A DNA stretch of 64,000 bases from Lytechinus pictus. Taxonomy: Eukaryota. The DNA lies in NCBI RefSeq assembly GCF_037042905.1, contig NC_087254.1:32612001-32676000 (forward strand), written 5' to 3'. Of the stretch, positions 50,868-64,000 are shown piece by piece. Under the pieces are notes generated by a model that saw only the letters and a program-made list of their open reading frames with translations, had not been told where the DNA came from and made no database searches. The position numbers and the translations under genes are program-made. The stretch's first letter is position 1; every line of letters begins with the position of its first letter.

Positions 50868-51030
50868 CCGGGGTTCTTATGAATAGGAGTTCGGGGTTCG
50901 ATCCCCGGCCGCGGCACCTATGCCCGTGAGCAAGGCATTTAATCTACATTGCTCTTTTATCCTGCTTTCAAATAAATGGAAATGCTATGTGCATTATTGG
51001 TAACTAGGTGTGCACTTGTTTAAAAAAAAT
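50868..51030 (+). mobile_element. tRNA-derived SINE body; head probably at 44246-44256
   Basis: GGGGTTCGATCCCCGGCCGCGGCACC (B box and 3' acceptor strand) followed by TGCCCGTGAGCAAGGCATTT. The complementary 5' strand GGTGCCGTG lies immediately outside the LINE tail. Confidence 0.65.
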
Positions 51031-51879
51031 ATATATATATAATAAAAATAAAAACAAGTATCTCATCTGTGCTTCGCACTCCCCCCTACTATTTTTTTTT
51101 CTTTCTCTCTTCCTTACGCTTTCTCATCCTTTCTCGAGCAAAATCAGCCACACACTCATGTAAACTGCCAAAGTGAGGTGTTTTTTTTATTGTGATATCA
51201 ACATGAAATAGAATAGTAGGGCACTATACAGATTCGAACAATCTAAATTTTACTTATTTTCAACCAACACAGATGAACTTTCATAATCGATTTGAACAAT
51301 CATTGTAAATTTGATAGCAATTTAAATCACATTATTTTTCTTTAAATCAAAGGAAAGATTTTATTCAAAATCAAACACGATATATTAAATCCAGTAATTT
51401 AACACAAATAAAGCATCAACTGTATAGCTGTATACTGATAAAAGGGTGATAAACTTCCTTAGTTACTTTAGAAACTTTTTTTTTTTGGGGGGGGGGGTCT
51501 TCTCAACATCGTGTTGTCATTCATCGCATTTGATTTTTTGATTAATTTGGTCTGACAGAAATCAATGGATATTTTTTGTTCACTTCAGAACTAATAATTA
51601 CAATTAAATTTGTATATTTCGCTTTTAAAAAGTTGATGTGAGAGAAACTTGTCTTGTTCATCCAATAAAATTTTAATATTAATGATCAAAAGTTTTGTCG
51701 ATTGTTGTACAAGTCTTTATCAGCGGGCTATTCCATAGTACCTGATCTTTGATGTCTATGTTTTGTTATCATTATAAGAGATAGATTAGGCGAGAATACA
51801 AAACCCATACCCTGCCTATAAGAACTTTAATGGATTGGTTTTTATTATGTTAAAAAAATAATAATATTGTGGAGTCATT

Positions 51880-53384
51880 CAGTGGCGTAACAGGCGGGGG
51901 GGGGCAATCTGCCCCCTGGCGGATTTCACCGGGAAAATAAAAAAAAAACTGGAAAAAGAAAAAAAGGAGGGAGAAAGAAAGGGGAAGGAAAGTGAAAAAG
52001 GAAAGGAGGAAAAGGAAAGGGAAAGGGAAAAGGGAAAAGAAAACGAAGAAAAAACCTTTTTTTTAATGGAAAAGGAAGGAAAGCGGGAAAATGTACGAAA
52101 GAAGAACATTTGAGAAAGAAAAAATCATTCCGAAATAGGCCTATGTAATGCACTATTACGGTGGGAAATAAATTAAAAGATGACAAAATGGCAATCAATA
52201 GCGGGAAACGAAGTTAGAATGTAATTAGTCAAAAGCTAAATTGGAAAACAAAGAAAAGGGAAGGGAAAAAAATAATACGACCGGGCTGCCGATGATTTAC
52301 AACATTGTGCTACAAGCATGCTAAATTTTACGCAAATAAGCTACCGGGGCAAGGGGGCTCTTCATTTATAACCTTCAAATGGCTCTATAACGCCCCCGTT
52401 CAATCACTGGCATACAGGCTGGTGGGGGGTCTTGGTTCCACACCCAAGAGGAAATAAAAGAAATTATAGGAGACAACGTATAATGAAAATGAATGGAAAC
52501 AATGAAATGTGTTATTTGCTGAATATAATGGAAAAATCTATCACATAATTAGAATTTAATTTCAATAGGCATTTTTTTTAGGCACGCTGGTGACTTTTTA
52601 CAAATTTTTCCCACATTGCTATGTTTTTCTCCCCTCAAAATATTTGGTTCATTACGCAACTGGGTTGAATAAATGTTTTGTGCAAAAGCTATATTCTGTA
52701 TATGCCCGCGATTTGATTAATATAGCGGCAATCTGCGAGGTTTAAATGGCTTTGATATCAAGAAGTTCCGGGGGCTCCGCCCCGGTCCCCAACAGCACTG
52801 CGTATGGAAGGGTTAGGCCATGGCCCCAAAAAGTTCTACAAACAAGAACAAAAAACAAGGAGGAAAGAAAAAGCAAAGGAAAAGTGTAGGATATGATTTT
52901 ATTTATTGAACATAATGTCAAAAAAATAGCTCAAAGTTAGATTCTCTGAAAAGGTGGTTTTTTTTCTCGCTCGCTTCGCTCGCTCGGGACTTATATAAAA
53001 CAGCTTTTTAGCACATGTGCTATACTGCGCCCCTCGTTTTTTTTTTTTTTACTCTTCACGCTACTGCCGCAAAAAATCCTGTTCACAGTGGCGTATAGAC
53101 CAAAAAAAAGGGAATCTAAAGAGAGAAGAGTGAAATATATTATTCTCTGGATATCATGTCAAAATATATCACAAAATTTGATTTTTTTTTATTAAAAAGG
53201 TCAGAATTTTTGCTCGCTTGCTTCGCTCGCTCGCAACATTTTTAAAAAGATAAATTCTGCCCGATACGCTATATTTGGCCTTCTCAAAAAAGTCGCCTCA
53301 TTACACCATTACGCCTGTTCATGACCGGGATATTTTTGGTTCTTGCCCCCCCCCCCCTGGCCCCCGACCCCTGTTACGCCGCTG
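51880..53384. mobile_element. Non-autonomous hAT-like element
   Basis: TIRs CAGTGGCGTAACAGG / CCTGTTACGCCGCTG. Exact 8-bp TSD GAGTCATT at 51872-51879 and 53385-53392. Confidence 0.85.
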
Positions 53385-54411
53385 GAGTCATTGTTATTTC
53401 ATTGACCCAAAACCATTCTCTCCGAGGTTTGCCAAATGTGTACTTTTTTATTCAAATTTTCCTTTATCTTCTGTACTAAAAACAATTTACAAAATTTTCA
53501 AACAATTTCCAAGCACTGCAATAAAAAATATGGATGCTGTATATTCATTTTCTGATATAATATATTCAGCTATATTCTCCGATGACCGATGATTATGTTT
53601 TCGAGAGCATATTTCTAATTCATTAATCATAAAGTTTATTTATTTCAACACGGTATTCACTCCAGCCTTCGAACTGCTATAAGCCCATGGCTCACGGGAA
53701 TAAACTACAAGAATAAATCAATTGTTGAATAACAAAAATCAAATCAGCAATCACGGTAAAGTAAAATATTTAACAAACATCATAAAGTTGGCCTATATAA
53801 CTATGAAGTATACAGAATTCAACAGCAAAACAGAAACTTTAAATAAATATTCTTCCTCTCATTCTAATAATCTCTTATACTATAATTGTGTCATTTTTTA
53901 ATACATATAAATATAGTGAAAACTATTATATCTACAAATGAAAGACACGGTAGTTTCTATCTGAAATGGAAGAGAATTGTTATTGCATGGGATGCCGCAT
54001 TGTTCAAATCTTAAGTATGATAAAATTTATCAACCTCAACCACTGATTAATAAAAATTCTCGAAAATAACGAACTTGAAATCCAACCAAACAGAAGTGCG
54101 CACTTTTTGGAACTTGTGTTTGCTGTCAAAGTAAGATTTGTGCAACCAGCCCCCAGTCCTCTCCCCTCAATCACACAGGGAGCATTTCAGGACTTGTCGG
54201 ATGATTTATCCCACAAATTAGTGTCTTTTATTCGACAGATGCATGGTATCATTACTTCTCAGCCAATCAAAATCAATGAAATCAAGCTGTCAAATCGGAC
54301 AACTTTGTCGGAAGACTAAAGTCGATGGAAAGATCCCCTTGGGCTTGCTTAAGATCTGATTTTTTTTCATCTAACATGATGAAACACACGGTAGCATACT
54401 GAATCTAAACA

Positions 54412-56717
54412 TCAGTCTGAGTATTCTGTCGCTTTTGATCGCGACTTGATCCTAACCACCCATAACGACAGAACCCATACGATGGCGACATTCCCGACAA
54501 GCACGGCGAGAAAAACACCAAAGGTTGACATGAATGTAGGCATGCCGTGCTGCTCAATGAAATCTGGGCGCTCCTCCAACTCCGCAAGAAAGGCGAGGTA
54601 ATGGCAGTAGCTGGCGAGACTACTCCCGATGTGGAAGAACTGATGACTGTGGCCAATGAAGTCGAACTTCCCAGGCGCTATGACCTCTGGGAATCTCGTG
54701 GAATAGAGTAATGAGATCCCGAATATGAAATAAAATTGCCACATTTGGAAGTAAAGAGCATCGCTGTCGCACCCCGTTGACTCGCAATAGATGAGGCGAT
54801 AGACTAAAGGAATTCTGAAGAAAAAAAAAGCATTTTAAAAATGATATTTTTTACAAATCAATCTAATAATCTCACCGCGCCAAGTTTGTAAGGGAAGAAA
54901 TTGCTTCAAAGTTGCGAGCGACCGAAGCGAGTAAGCACAAATTTTAAAATCCGACACAATTAAAATCGAATTTGGGATAAATATTGACCTAATATCCAAA
55001 GAAATTAAGATAGCATATTTCACCCTTTTCTTTCCTTTTCTTTTTCTTTTTTTTTCATCGGGAAACTTTTTTGGGGGAGGGGCATGGCTCCCAAGCGCCC
55101 CCCATCTGTACCCTAGTGGTTCGCCAATGATATCCTCGTGAATATTTCTTACTTGCACCAGATGTAAGGTATAGCAAACGCTGGCAGACGACCGCCATCT
55201 CGGAGGGGAGCCCAGGTGGAAAACCGGCTACAACATGCCAAGTAAGTACTTCCGAAGGCCGTTACCATAGCAACAGGGATGTATACATGGTAAAGAGGCG
55301 TGTCTATTAACTCCGGTGGAAATGAGTAGGTATAGCAAGCTGTGAACAGAAATAGAATGAAAATATTATGTCAGGGCTAAATATGAAGATATATGCCTAC
55401 TTTCATGAACTTATCACCTGCTTATTAAAAAAGAATTGGGAACCCCATATGAATTTACAAAATATTCGTAAAACTGCATGCATTCTTCTCATGTGCAACG
55501 GCTAATTTTCCACTTTGGTCTAAACATTTTGTTCCGTTTACACGCCAATTCAATAAAAAAATACTTGTATTCACTTGCAACGCATTCTCATTATAAACAC
55601 ATGATAACAAGTAAATCGTATTTATTGAGATATATGACAACAATGAAGGAGACATAAATCCCGAAAATCAAAGAAATTGTGATAGATACGATTGATCATA
55701 ATTTATAAAAATGATCATAGAAAAGTGAGCCTAATATCTTTTAATCGTTGAAATTCATCGGATGTTGTATGGTAGGCCAAATCATTGACCCTATCATTGA
55801 CTGTTTACCGAGGGTATAAGAATTAATTTCTTACCTAGACAAGTACCAAAACTGTACATACTAATCCCAAAATAGTCTATGAAGAAAAATGTGTATCTAG
55901 CACACTGGGACATGCTATTGAACATATGGGCAACGGAGCTGGCCATCGTGTAACAAAAGGTACCGAATAGGAAAACTATAACAGGCCACATTAAGGGATC
56001 GTGGGCAACACCGTGATCGTTGACGGCGACCATCCATGTAAGGCGAAGGAAGATGATGGCGGGGATGAAGTGAGTCCAGAAGTTGATTGTTTCGTTGGTG
56101 CGTTGGAGCGCACTAGCCAGGCAGGATGATGCGCTACTTTGACAGGACCGGTATCCCGAGATGATGAACGGCTCCCGAAAATCAGATGGAACCTGATGAA
56201 GAAGGGATATACAAAAGAGAAAAGGGTGAGGGAAGGAATGGCCATGAAGACACAGAAAGAGAGAGAGAGAGAGAGAGTATGAAGGGGGAGGGGCGAGAGG
56301 GGAATACAAATTTTTTCCACTTTGCGCAAATGTTGTGACACTCTATACAAACATTATCAATGCTCACTCAGGCATGAACAAGTATTGTCGTTTTGTATCT
56401 GATACATCTCATCTCATCTTGTCGATAGAAGTGATATTACAGTATCTGTCAACACTCACAGATCTGTCACATTTTGAAGTATCATTTAAATACATACATG
56501 TATATGTAACTTTTCTTTTGACTGTTTGATACGAACTGTTTACTCTTTAATTCATCACGAATTAATAGTTGTTGCTGGTATTAATTATTACTTCACTGAT
56601 ATCATTTACAATTTTATCTTATATGAATATTTTCATGAAAAAAAGACTTTATCTATACATTAAGTTGTTCCAGATTAAGCTTACCTGATCAAAACGAAGA
56701 AGTTTAAGCGTCCACAT
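54412..56717 (-). CDS. PAQR-family 7-TM protein, membrane progestin receptor-like (~326 aa, 4 coding exons)
   Basis: Minus-strand exons 56717-56685, 56192-55835, 55339-55153 and 54814-54412 (981 nt, GT-AG). Motifs QVP..FREPFIISGYR, NETINFWTH, SSVAHMF, DYFGI and PE...PGKFDFIGHSHQFFH. Confidence 0.9.
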
Positions 56718-56959
56718 GATGCCCGTCTGGTTGTGTCTCCTCTTTCACCCCGTCACTGTCAATTTAAACTGATGATCCTGTTGGATGAATGGAAATTATC
56801 CCTTTGATATGTCACAATACATCGTTAGTCTCTCACAATTCATTTTCACATGGCATACATGGTAGAAATAGAAACCGGACCTTGTTAACAGATATGGTTT
56901 ACAAATTGGTTGTTGTTGCTGTTGTTTTACAGCACGTTGTTTAAGCCTGTCACTCTAAC

Positions 56960-57290
56960 AACAAGTTGTTTAAACTTTTTCAACAACTTGTTTACATAGT
57001 TTAAACAGTTGTTTAAAATGTTTCAACGGTTTTTTAACAGTTTAAAAAGTTGTTTAAATAGTTTAAACAGTTGTTTAAAAAGTTTAAATAGTTGTTTAAA
57101 AAGTTTAAACAGTTGTTTAAAAAGTTTAAACAATTGTTTAAAAAGTTTAAACAGTTGTTTAAAAAGTTTAAACAATTGTTTAAAATGTTTAAACAATTGT
57201 TTAAAAAGTTTAAACAGTTGTTTAAAAAGTTTAAACAGTTGTTTAAAATGTTTAAACAGTTGTTTAAAAAGTTTAAACAGTAGTTGTTAG
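56960..57290. repeat. 21-bp minisatellite (TTGTTTAAAAAGTTTAAACAG)n expanded inside a CACTG-type MITE
   Basis: About 12-14 near-perfect units. Flanks match the 16249-16486 family. Confidence 0.85.
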
Positions 57291-58025
57291 AGTAGCGGGC
57301 TTAAACAACGTGTCTAAAGCGTTTTTACAGTGTTACTTATACGGCGAGTATCATTCAGCAGTGAATATTTGCGCCAAAACAACTCTGAAAAATTCTTCTC
57401 CTGTTTGGTCATTTTGCAACCTTGGGTCCCATTGAAGTTTGCTATTACAGTATTATCATCCAATAGTATTCATGCACTGTAAAGATTTTGTTTAGAATTT
57501 TAAGCACGTTGTTTAAGCCAGTCACTCTAACAACATAACATCAAGTGTTTAGAAATTTTAAATTGTGCATTTTTTAACAACTCGTTTAAAACCTTCAACA
57601 ATATGAGATGTTGGAGTGACGCGCTGAAACAACGTGCTAAACTTTTCAAACGGCGTTTTTATAGCATGTCATTACTATCATGACCATCCAGTGGTAACTT
57701 TCGAGGAATCCTTGATTTTTATCAACCGTGTTGAGGCATAATTCCAAAACTTCTTCTACTTCTTTCAGTTGTGCAGACACTGGTGCTGAAGTGGGCCTAT
57801 ATTTGTCAAGGTCAAATTGGCATATTTGCATGAATATACACACACATAAACACATCCTTACAGTGCAGTGTGTATTCTCCGTCTCTGACGATGATTTCAA
57901 TACTGACCAAAGTGTTTATTAATTATCATATAAAAGCTTTATAACACAGTATCAGTTAAAATCTCAACGTATTAGCATTTTATACGACATGGCTACAAAT
58001 GATATTCATACATTATACATCATTA

Positions 58026-58820
58026 GGGGAAGGCGGGGTAAGTTGAGCATAGGGGCAAGTTGAGCCACCACCCCCAGGCCAATAATGAATGAGTCAGACA
58101 TTGTGGTGGTGTCATGTATTGATGACCCATTACATAACCCTTTACCCCACCACATTGTTTTCGACTTGGAAACAAAAAGTACTTTTTCGAGGGAAAAATA
58201 AAAATTTCTGCCAAAAAAGTAAAAAAGGGTGCAAAATAGATCACTACTTTTTACTCACACACGTCTTTAAATATAATAAAGAAATAAGAACAATATTGTT
58301 AGTCCAGGTATTGATCTTCATTCTTGTCATTGTCTTTTACATGATGGATGCATAAGAAATGTGTGGATGTGAAAATATCGCATTAAGTTCGGACTGGTGT
58401 ACTTTGAGCCAGCCAACATGGGCAAGTTGAGCCATGGTAATTCGTATGGTAATGTATAATAAAAAAGAAACAAACCTTGAAAAGCCAATGATATGCAGAA
58501 AGGTGCAAATCTGCATGACAGTTCTTTTACTTTTAGAGGATGTTAGTATTTATAGAGAATAAGCAAGTGAAAAGACTTGAAATAAAAAATTGACATGCTG
58601 GTTCTTCCCGCATACTTTTTGTACATAGTTGTTGTGTATCAACTTACCCCACAAAGTGGCACAATGAATTTCAGTGTGGGGGTAGAAAGTTATATATAGG
58701 TGAAAAATATTTCGCAAGAATCAAATTTAAAGGCAAGGTACTTATTTCTACAATATTATTAGTCATATCAATTCTAACATGCAAAATGCAAAAAGTGTCA
58801 CAACTTACCCCGCCTTCCCC
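58026..58820. mobile_element. TA-flanked MITE (Tc1/mariner-pogo-like)
   Basis: TA|GGGGAAGGCGGGGTAAGTTG ... CAACTTACCCCGCCTTCCCC|TA, a perfect 20-bp TIR. Confidence 0.85.
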
Positions 58821-58919
58821 TATACTTCAGAAAAGAAATGAAAAGATACATTATGTTTCTTTGATTAGGAAAGGAATGTGGAAGATAACAAAGAATGACT
58901 GATATTATGTGAACCTACC

Positions 58920-61900
58920 CTATATTTGGATTGTTCAGGCCCGTTGAGTATCCAGATTCCAGCTAGTCCCTTCAGCAAGAACGCAGTTCCTCTATGCCAT
59001 GTCTGGGTTGTCTTTGGTATTTGGGTGTAATATGCAAACATAATACCATGGCCCCTTTGCATGCATTTGTCCTCATACATGTATATATGATATAGTTGTT
59101 ATGGAGCTAAATTATTATATTCGATTTGGTTGACTGACTGTGCCGATAGTGCTTTAATTGTATAGTCCACAAATAAAGTTAACAACTCACTGTCACGGTC
59201 TATTGGGGAAGAATGAATGTTTGACATTGAGAGGTATACCTTTTGTGGCATTCCACCAAGGGTGGAGGACACACCATCTGTAGGGTCGGGATATTCATTA
59301 AAAATCTCAAAACCTAGCTGGGTGAGGTGGTGGGAGGGTTTGATAAAAAAAAATCGATCAACGATACAGATGAGCATTGAACCATTTTGTTTTCGTCCAG
59401 CACTTTTTCTCGACGACATTTTGACGACATCATACACAGGGGATATAATATACATAATGGTTTGAAGGTGGGGGGCGGCCATGCAAAAAAAATCACAATC
59501 AGATGGTAGTTTTTACATTTTTATACAGGGTTTTGAAAAAAAAAGAAAATTGGGCTACCAGCCTCCGATTCCGCTGCTCCTGATACATTAATTCGCTAAT
59601 AAATACAAATAGGAACAAACATACCCCCCACTGTTCTCTCTCGGTGTCTCTGTCTTTCTGACTCTCGCTTGTTTTTCAATATCCAAATGATGATTTCATC
59701 AACAACAAAGTTACAAAAAATATTCATGTTTTCTGTTTCCATGATCTCAAAACAGACACAACTGGACTACCATTTCATTATGCAAATACGAAAATCTTGT
59801 AAATAAATCAAAATATTTAATAGGCCTTCCTCCGTCTCCAAGAAAAAGCGGTGATATTGATGTTACTGAGTATTACACAAACAGTATACCCGAGAAATGA
59901 ACATTGATCATAAACTGATAAACAGAAAATGTTAAGATGATATTTTTTTAAATCTAAAAAGTGCTTATGCTGCATCGCAATATAACCACCACTGGGTTTA
60001 GTAAGCATGATAAGGATGTTCAAATATATTTATATAGAAAATTGTTTTTCTCCCGTGTGAGAAACCAATTCATCAATTCAAATAAAGGGCCTTTATTAAG
60101 GAAAAGCTGAATGACCGATAGCCTATATACAGTAAAATCATGGACAAACTTAATGAGAGTATTCGAGAAGATAACTTTTAAGCACTTATCTATTAAAAAA
60201 AACACAGAACACAGTCATAGGATTGAAAATTTCTTTCTGTGGCCGTTGATGAAATACACTTTATCATTTTTATAAAACTGAGAATAGGTAATATAATGAA
60301 TAGATGATCTATGAAGAAAAATCTAATTCCGCGATAGAATTTCCTATCTATTATATATATATAGTACCTTAGTAGATGTAGTATATCATTTTATACAGAA
60401 AAAGTCTACTGATATAAAGAGTAATGACATGAATGATATGGAATTTTGCAAAATTTGCGTAATTAGACTTCATTATATATATATATATATGGTACTTGAA
60501 AATAATAAACAAAAGAGAAACCAATATAAACAACAATGATCGAGAAAGCGATAAAGAAAAAATGCCATGACGCGGTAGAATATGCTATCTATGTCGTACT
60601 TCAAATGAGGGCGCATGCTAGTTTGTACCAGAGTTAGTAATATGTATGCACTTGTCTTGTTTAAACAAATATTTAAAACAAGAAATAATAATACTTATTT
60701 ACTACGAACCTGTACTGATTTCAGGAATCATGACATATGGATGCTTGCGAAATTTGCACAATAGACCGCGTTACCTGAAAAAGCATTATAAAAAAGAAAC
60801 CCCGGAGAACTATAGAGATGATGATTAGATTCATATTAATTTTGTACATGTCTGTGAATAATCTGAATATAAAACAAAACTTAATCACAACTATTTAAAA
60901 ATCATAGTTTTCTTCGAAAGGCCATTGAAGTATTATCATAATCGTCGAATGGTACCGATGTATAGATCTAGTGTGTGGCATTGTACAGGCCCATGGAAAA
61001 TATTTTTTTTACGGGGGGTAAAAAAAGGGGTTTCATTAAAAAAAAATATCCCATTTTTGTTACCTTTCTGTCATTTAGCATACCTAAAAGATTTCCATGG
61101 GGTGCTGCCAATGGAAAATAACACACGCAGCACCCCGAAGGAAAATCTTTGGGTTGGGTTGCTTCAGCATCCCAGCACATCCACTTCCCATCAAGGCCAT
61201 GGTATTGTAAAGAGAAATAATTGGGTTGATGTATGTGAGCCTCCTTGTTCAAAATACTATTAAAAACATTTATTTTGCATGTTTTGCCAACAGCCTTCAT
61301 AAAACATGGGAACGGCTCATGTACATATTTGGTTTGGAATTGTTTGTTTGGTTCCATGTCATTTGCTCCGCTATAAATTCCACACACTAATCGCATGACT
61401 CTAACTTCAACCATAGATTCATTCTAACCCTTAACCAAACATGAAACCCTATTTGCAACAAAGTTTGACGAAAGTCCGGAGCAATTGTCGCAGGAGCAAA
61501 TGTCATGTCCCCCGATTCTTATAATTATCATCGACAGAGTTTTATTACCATTCAATCCGATGCGCATCATGTTCTTTCCATGTAAAAATATGGTCAGATT
61601 TACAAAGGTTTTTATTTACTCAGATTTTTCGTGTATTGACGGTTTATATTAAATTGTTATAGTTTAATTGTATTTTTCACATTTGTTAAATTATGTCATG
61701 AAAACCCTAAAATGTGTGAGGATTGCAGGTAGATCAATAAATTGTGAATCAAATTGAAATGTGTATTTCAGTCAAACTAAGTGACCCAGTCCCCATAAAA
61801 AGTTTAAGAGCCCCTAATGAAAGTATCTATCATTTTCGAGGGGGTATCAAACGTTTGGAAAGCCAAGGATCTCTTCATCATGACTTGTAATACAATAAGG

Positions 61901-62340
61901 GAATGAGGGAATCACGTTCACACGCGTTGATTGGTTCTCATTAAAATCACATTGCATGTATCTGTAAATATATAGTGCTATTTATATCTCTTACCTAAAC
62001 TCAAGCTGCTTCAGAATCAATGGTCTCACTTGTGAGCCATGAACTACGTACGTACAGTACTTAATAAGAATAGATCAAATTTCGCCCTTTCACTCCAAAA
62101 GATGAACAGGAAATGTTCTTGTTGAATACCACCGATTCCATAATTGAAGAGGCGCCACCTTTCTCATCTTCCCCGAATTTGACGACCCGGTTGACGACTA
62201 GTTGACCCATGTAAAGGCATGCTGTGGTAGATTTTAACATCGTAAAGGATTTATGTTCAACTTCATCGTGCGTGTTTTTGAAATAATGAAGAGAAAATGG
62301 AACATTGTAGGCAGTCAAATATGTTTGGATAGCTGTACGT
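58920..62340 (-). pseudogene. Probable multi-exon pseudogene of an unidentified protein family
   Basis: Three GC-richer, protein-like blocks on the minus strand (~62340-61995, ~61390-61063, ~59340-58920), each ending at a GT donor-like site. ORFs 59099-59482 and 58865-59080 are in frame across a single stop. Further stops and a frameshift occur in the other blocks. Confidence 0.45.
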
Positions 62341-62749
62341 CTGGGATATGCTGAAAGTAAGTAACTTACGCATTTTAAAGTCATTTTCCAGTGTTGCACT
62401 TATGTTGACATATCAAGTGAACCTCTAACATTTGTTCCGGGCTTGTGTATATAAACCTTTTATGTGTTTCTCACATAAAGCTAATACAACTTCTTGATTA
62501 TCATGATTTATATATCTCTGAAATAAAGTGTCCTTTCTAAAAAAGGTTCATAAGATAAGATTATTTTCGCCGTCGAAGTGAAAAAATGTAATTTGGAATC
62601 ATGAATTATGCACGTTAGTTGTTACAATGATACCATTCCCGGTTCATTACCATGTAGTATGGTTCTTTTGATACTCATGTTATTGTAAAAGCATTATGCA
62701 CTATATACTTGTCTGACCTTAATTACCGAATACTAACCATATTATTGAT

Positions 62750-62870
62750 AAATTATTATCATTATTATTGTTATTGTTATTATTATTATTATCATTATTG
62801 TTATCATTGTTATTATTATTACTATTATTGTCATCAATTATCATTATCATACACATTATTAACATCATTG
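62750..62870. repeat. (TAT)n microsatellite
   Basis: Imperfect tat/tgt/cat run. Confidence 0.8.
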
Positions 62871-64000
62871 TTCTATTTCAGATTTGTGTTACATACGGCT
62901 GAAGAATTGAAAGTCTTGCTATCTTCCTTATCTCTTCTCTGAATCATCTCTCCCTTTCTCTCTTTCTAGATCTCTTTTCCGCTTCGAGTTTTGTTTGTGC
63001 AAATACTTCCTTCGCCAAGTGAAAACAAACATAAGTTTATATTGAAAATCATGCATTATTAAAATAATAATGATAAACAGAAATTGAGTTTTAAGTGGTG
63101 TCTTCTTGCAATTACCAATTCTATCCAGATAGATTCACTTTAAATTACTGGTCATTCTCATCGGAATAACTGAAACGGATTTTAATGTAAGTTTTGCAGT
63201 GAATACAAAAGAAAACATGAAATGGGGATTCCTAAAGAGCTAGATGATTGCACAGCTAAACCCGGGGTAATAATAGCAGTGCTTTGTATCCCCAGGCAAA
63301 AAGCGCTTTATAAATCAAGCTATAATTATTTTTTTTATTACTATGATTCTGATTCTATAATTTTTTTTTACTTGTCGATTATTAGACCGAACGTTAATAT
63401 TTTTTTCCTCTTGAGAAATGATTTTTTTTTTAAATAATGCCTATTTACAAGTTTAAAACGATATATCTTAATGCGAAAATGATAAAAAGTATCAACAGTA
63501 ATGAAATTGGTATGAGTAACACATTTTTGTATTATTAATACCAATTTGTCACTTTGTAATTGTCTATACTTATGGTTCCAGTCAAAACAGTGTTGGGCTA
63601 ATCCTGTACTTTTATGAAAAACAATGAAATTATTATTATACCATTCATATTTTATGGACCTATCCAAGCCCTGCTTTTAATCTAGGTGCAACAACTTTTG
63701 CTTTTCTGCAGAAACCTCTTTTACAACTTAGTCATTGAGTAATTTGTTATTTTTCTTGACATGTATACCTTGTCAACTTTATAATGTAATCCAATTTACT
63801 TTGCTTATCATGTATGAGAAGAAATACCCGGAACAGGTAATAATTGCGCTAATGCCCTTTAGTTTGCCATTTGTCCTATTACCAGGTCCCTCGGAAAGAA
63901 CCTTAAAGGTCAAGCCCACCCCAGAAATGTTGATTTGAATCAATAGAGAAAAATCAAACAAGCGTAACGCTGAAACTTCATCAAATCGGATGTAAATAAG

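Noticed and set aside
57009-57290. LKSLNSC / FKKFKQL repeat ORFs
   Set aside because: Translations of a 21-bp minisatellite.

Overview
AT-rich, intron-containing animal DNA. The repeat repertoire suggests a sea urchin or other echinoderm, but that is inference. Five spliced host genes can be rebuilt with GT-AG junctions and intact frames: a rolling stone/FAR-17a/AIG1-like membrane protein (+, 6943-9317), two tandem apolipoprotein D-like lipocalins (+, 13791-16825 and 20578-23646), dynactin subunit 5 DCTN5 (-, 26819-40912) and a PAQR/membrane progestin receptor-like gene (-, 54412-56717). There is also a probable multi-exon pseudogene of unknown family (-, ~58920-62340). The rest is SINEs, LINE fragments and non-autonomous DNA transposons, several with clear target-site duplications (TSDs). 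The standout is a 4.7-kb element at 45910-50610 with Polinton/Maverick-type AGTAGT...ACTACT ends and a perfect 6-bp TSD (TAGGAG). It is almost entirely one giant palindrome. Each ~2.3-kb arm carries an intact C2H2 zinc-finger/acidic protein gene (same translation in both arms) and a 10-bp tandem array. The arms are joined by a small centre containing a 44-bp loopless palindrome and a second short hairpin. It has no polymerase, integrase or capsid gene and looks like an integrated snap-back or hairpin-ended satellite of a Polinton. It sits inside the RT motif of a LINE, which itself splits a SINE, in a ~10-kb TE stack directly upstream of DCTN5.
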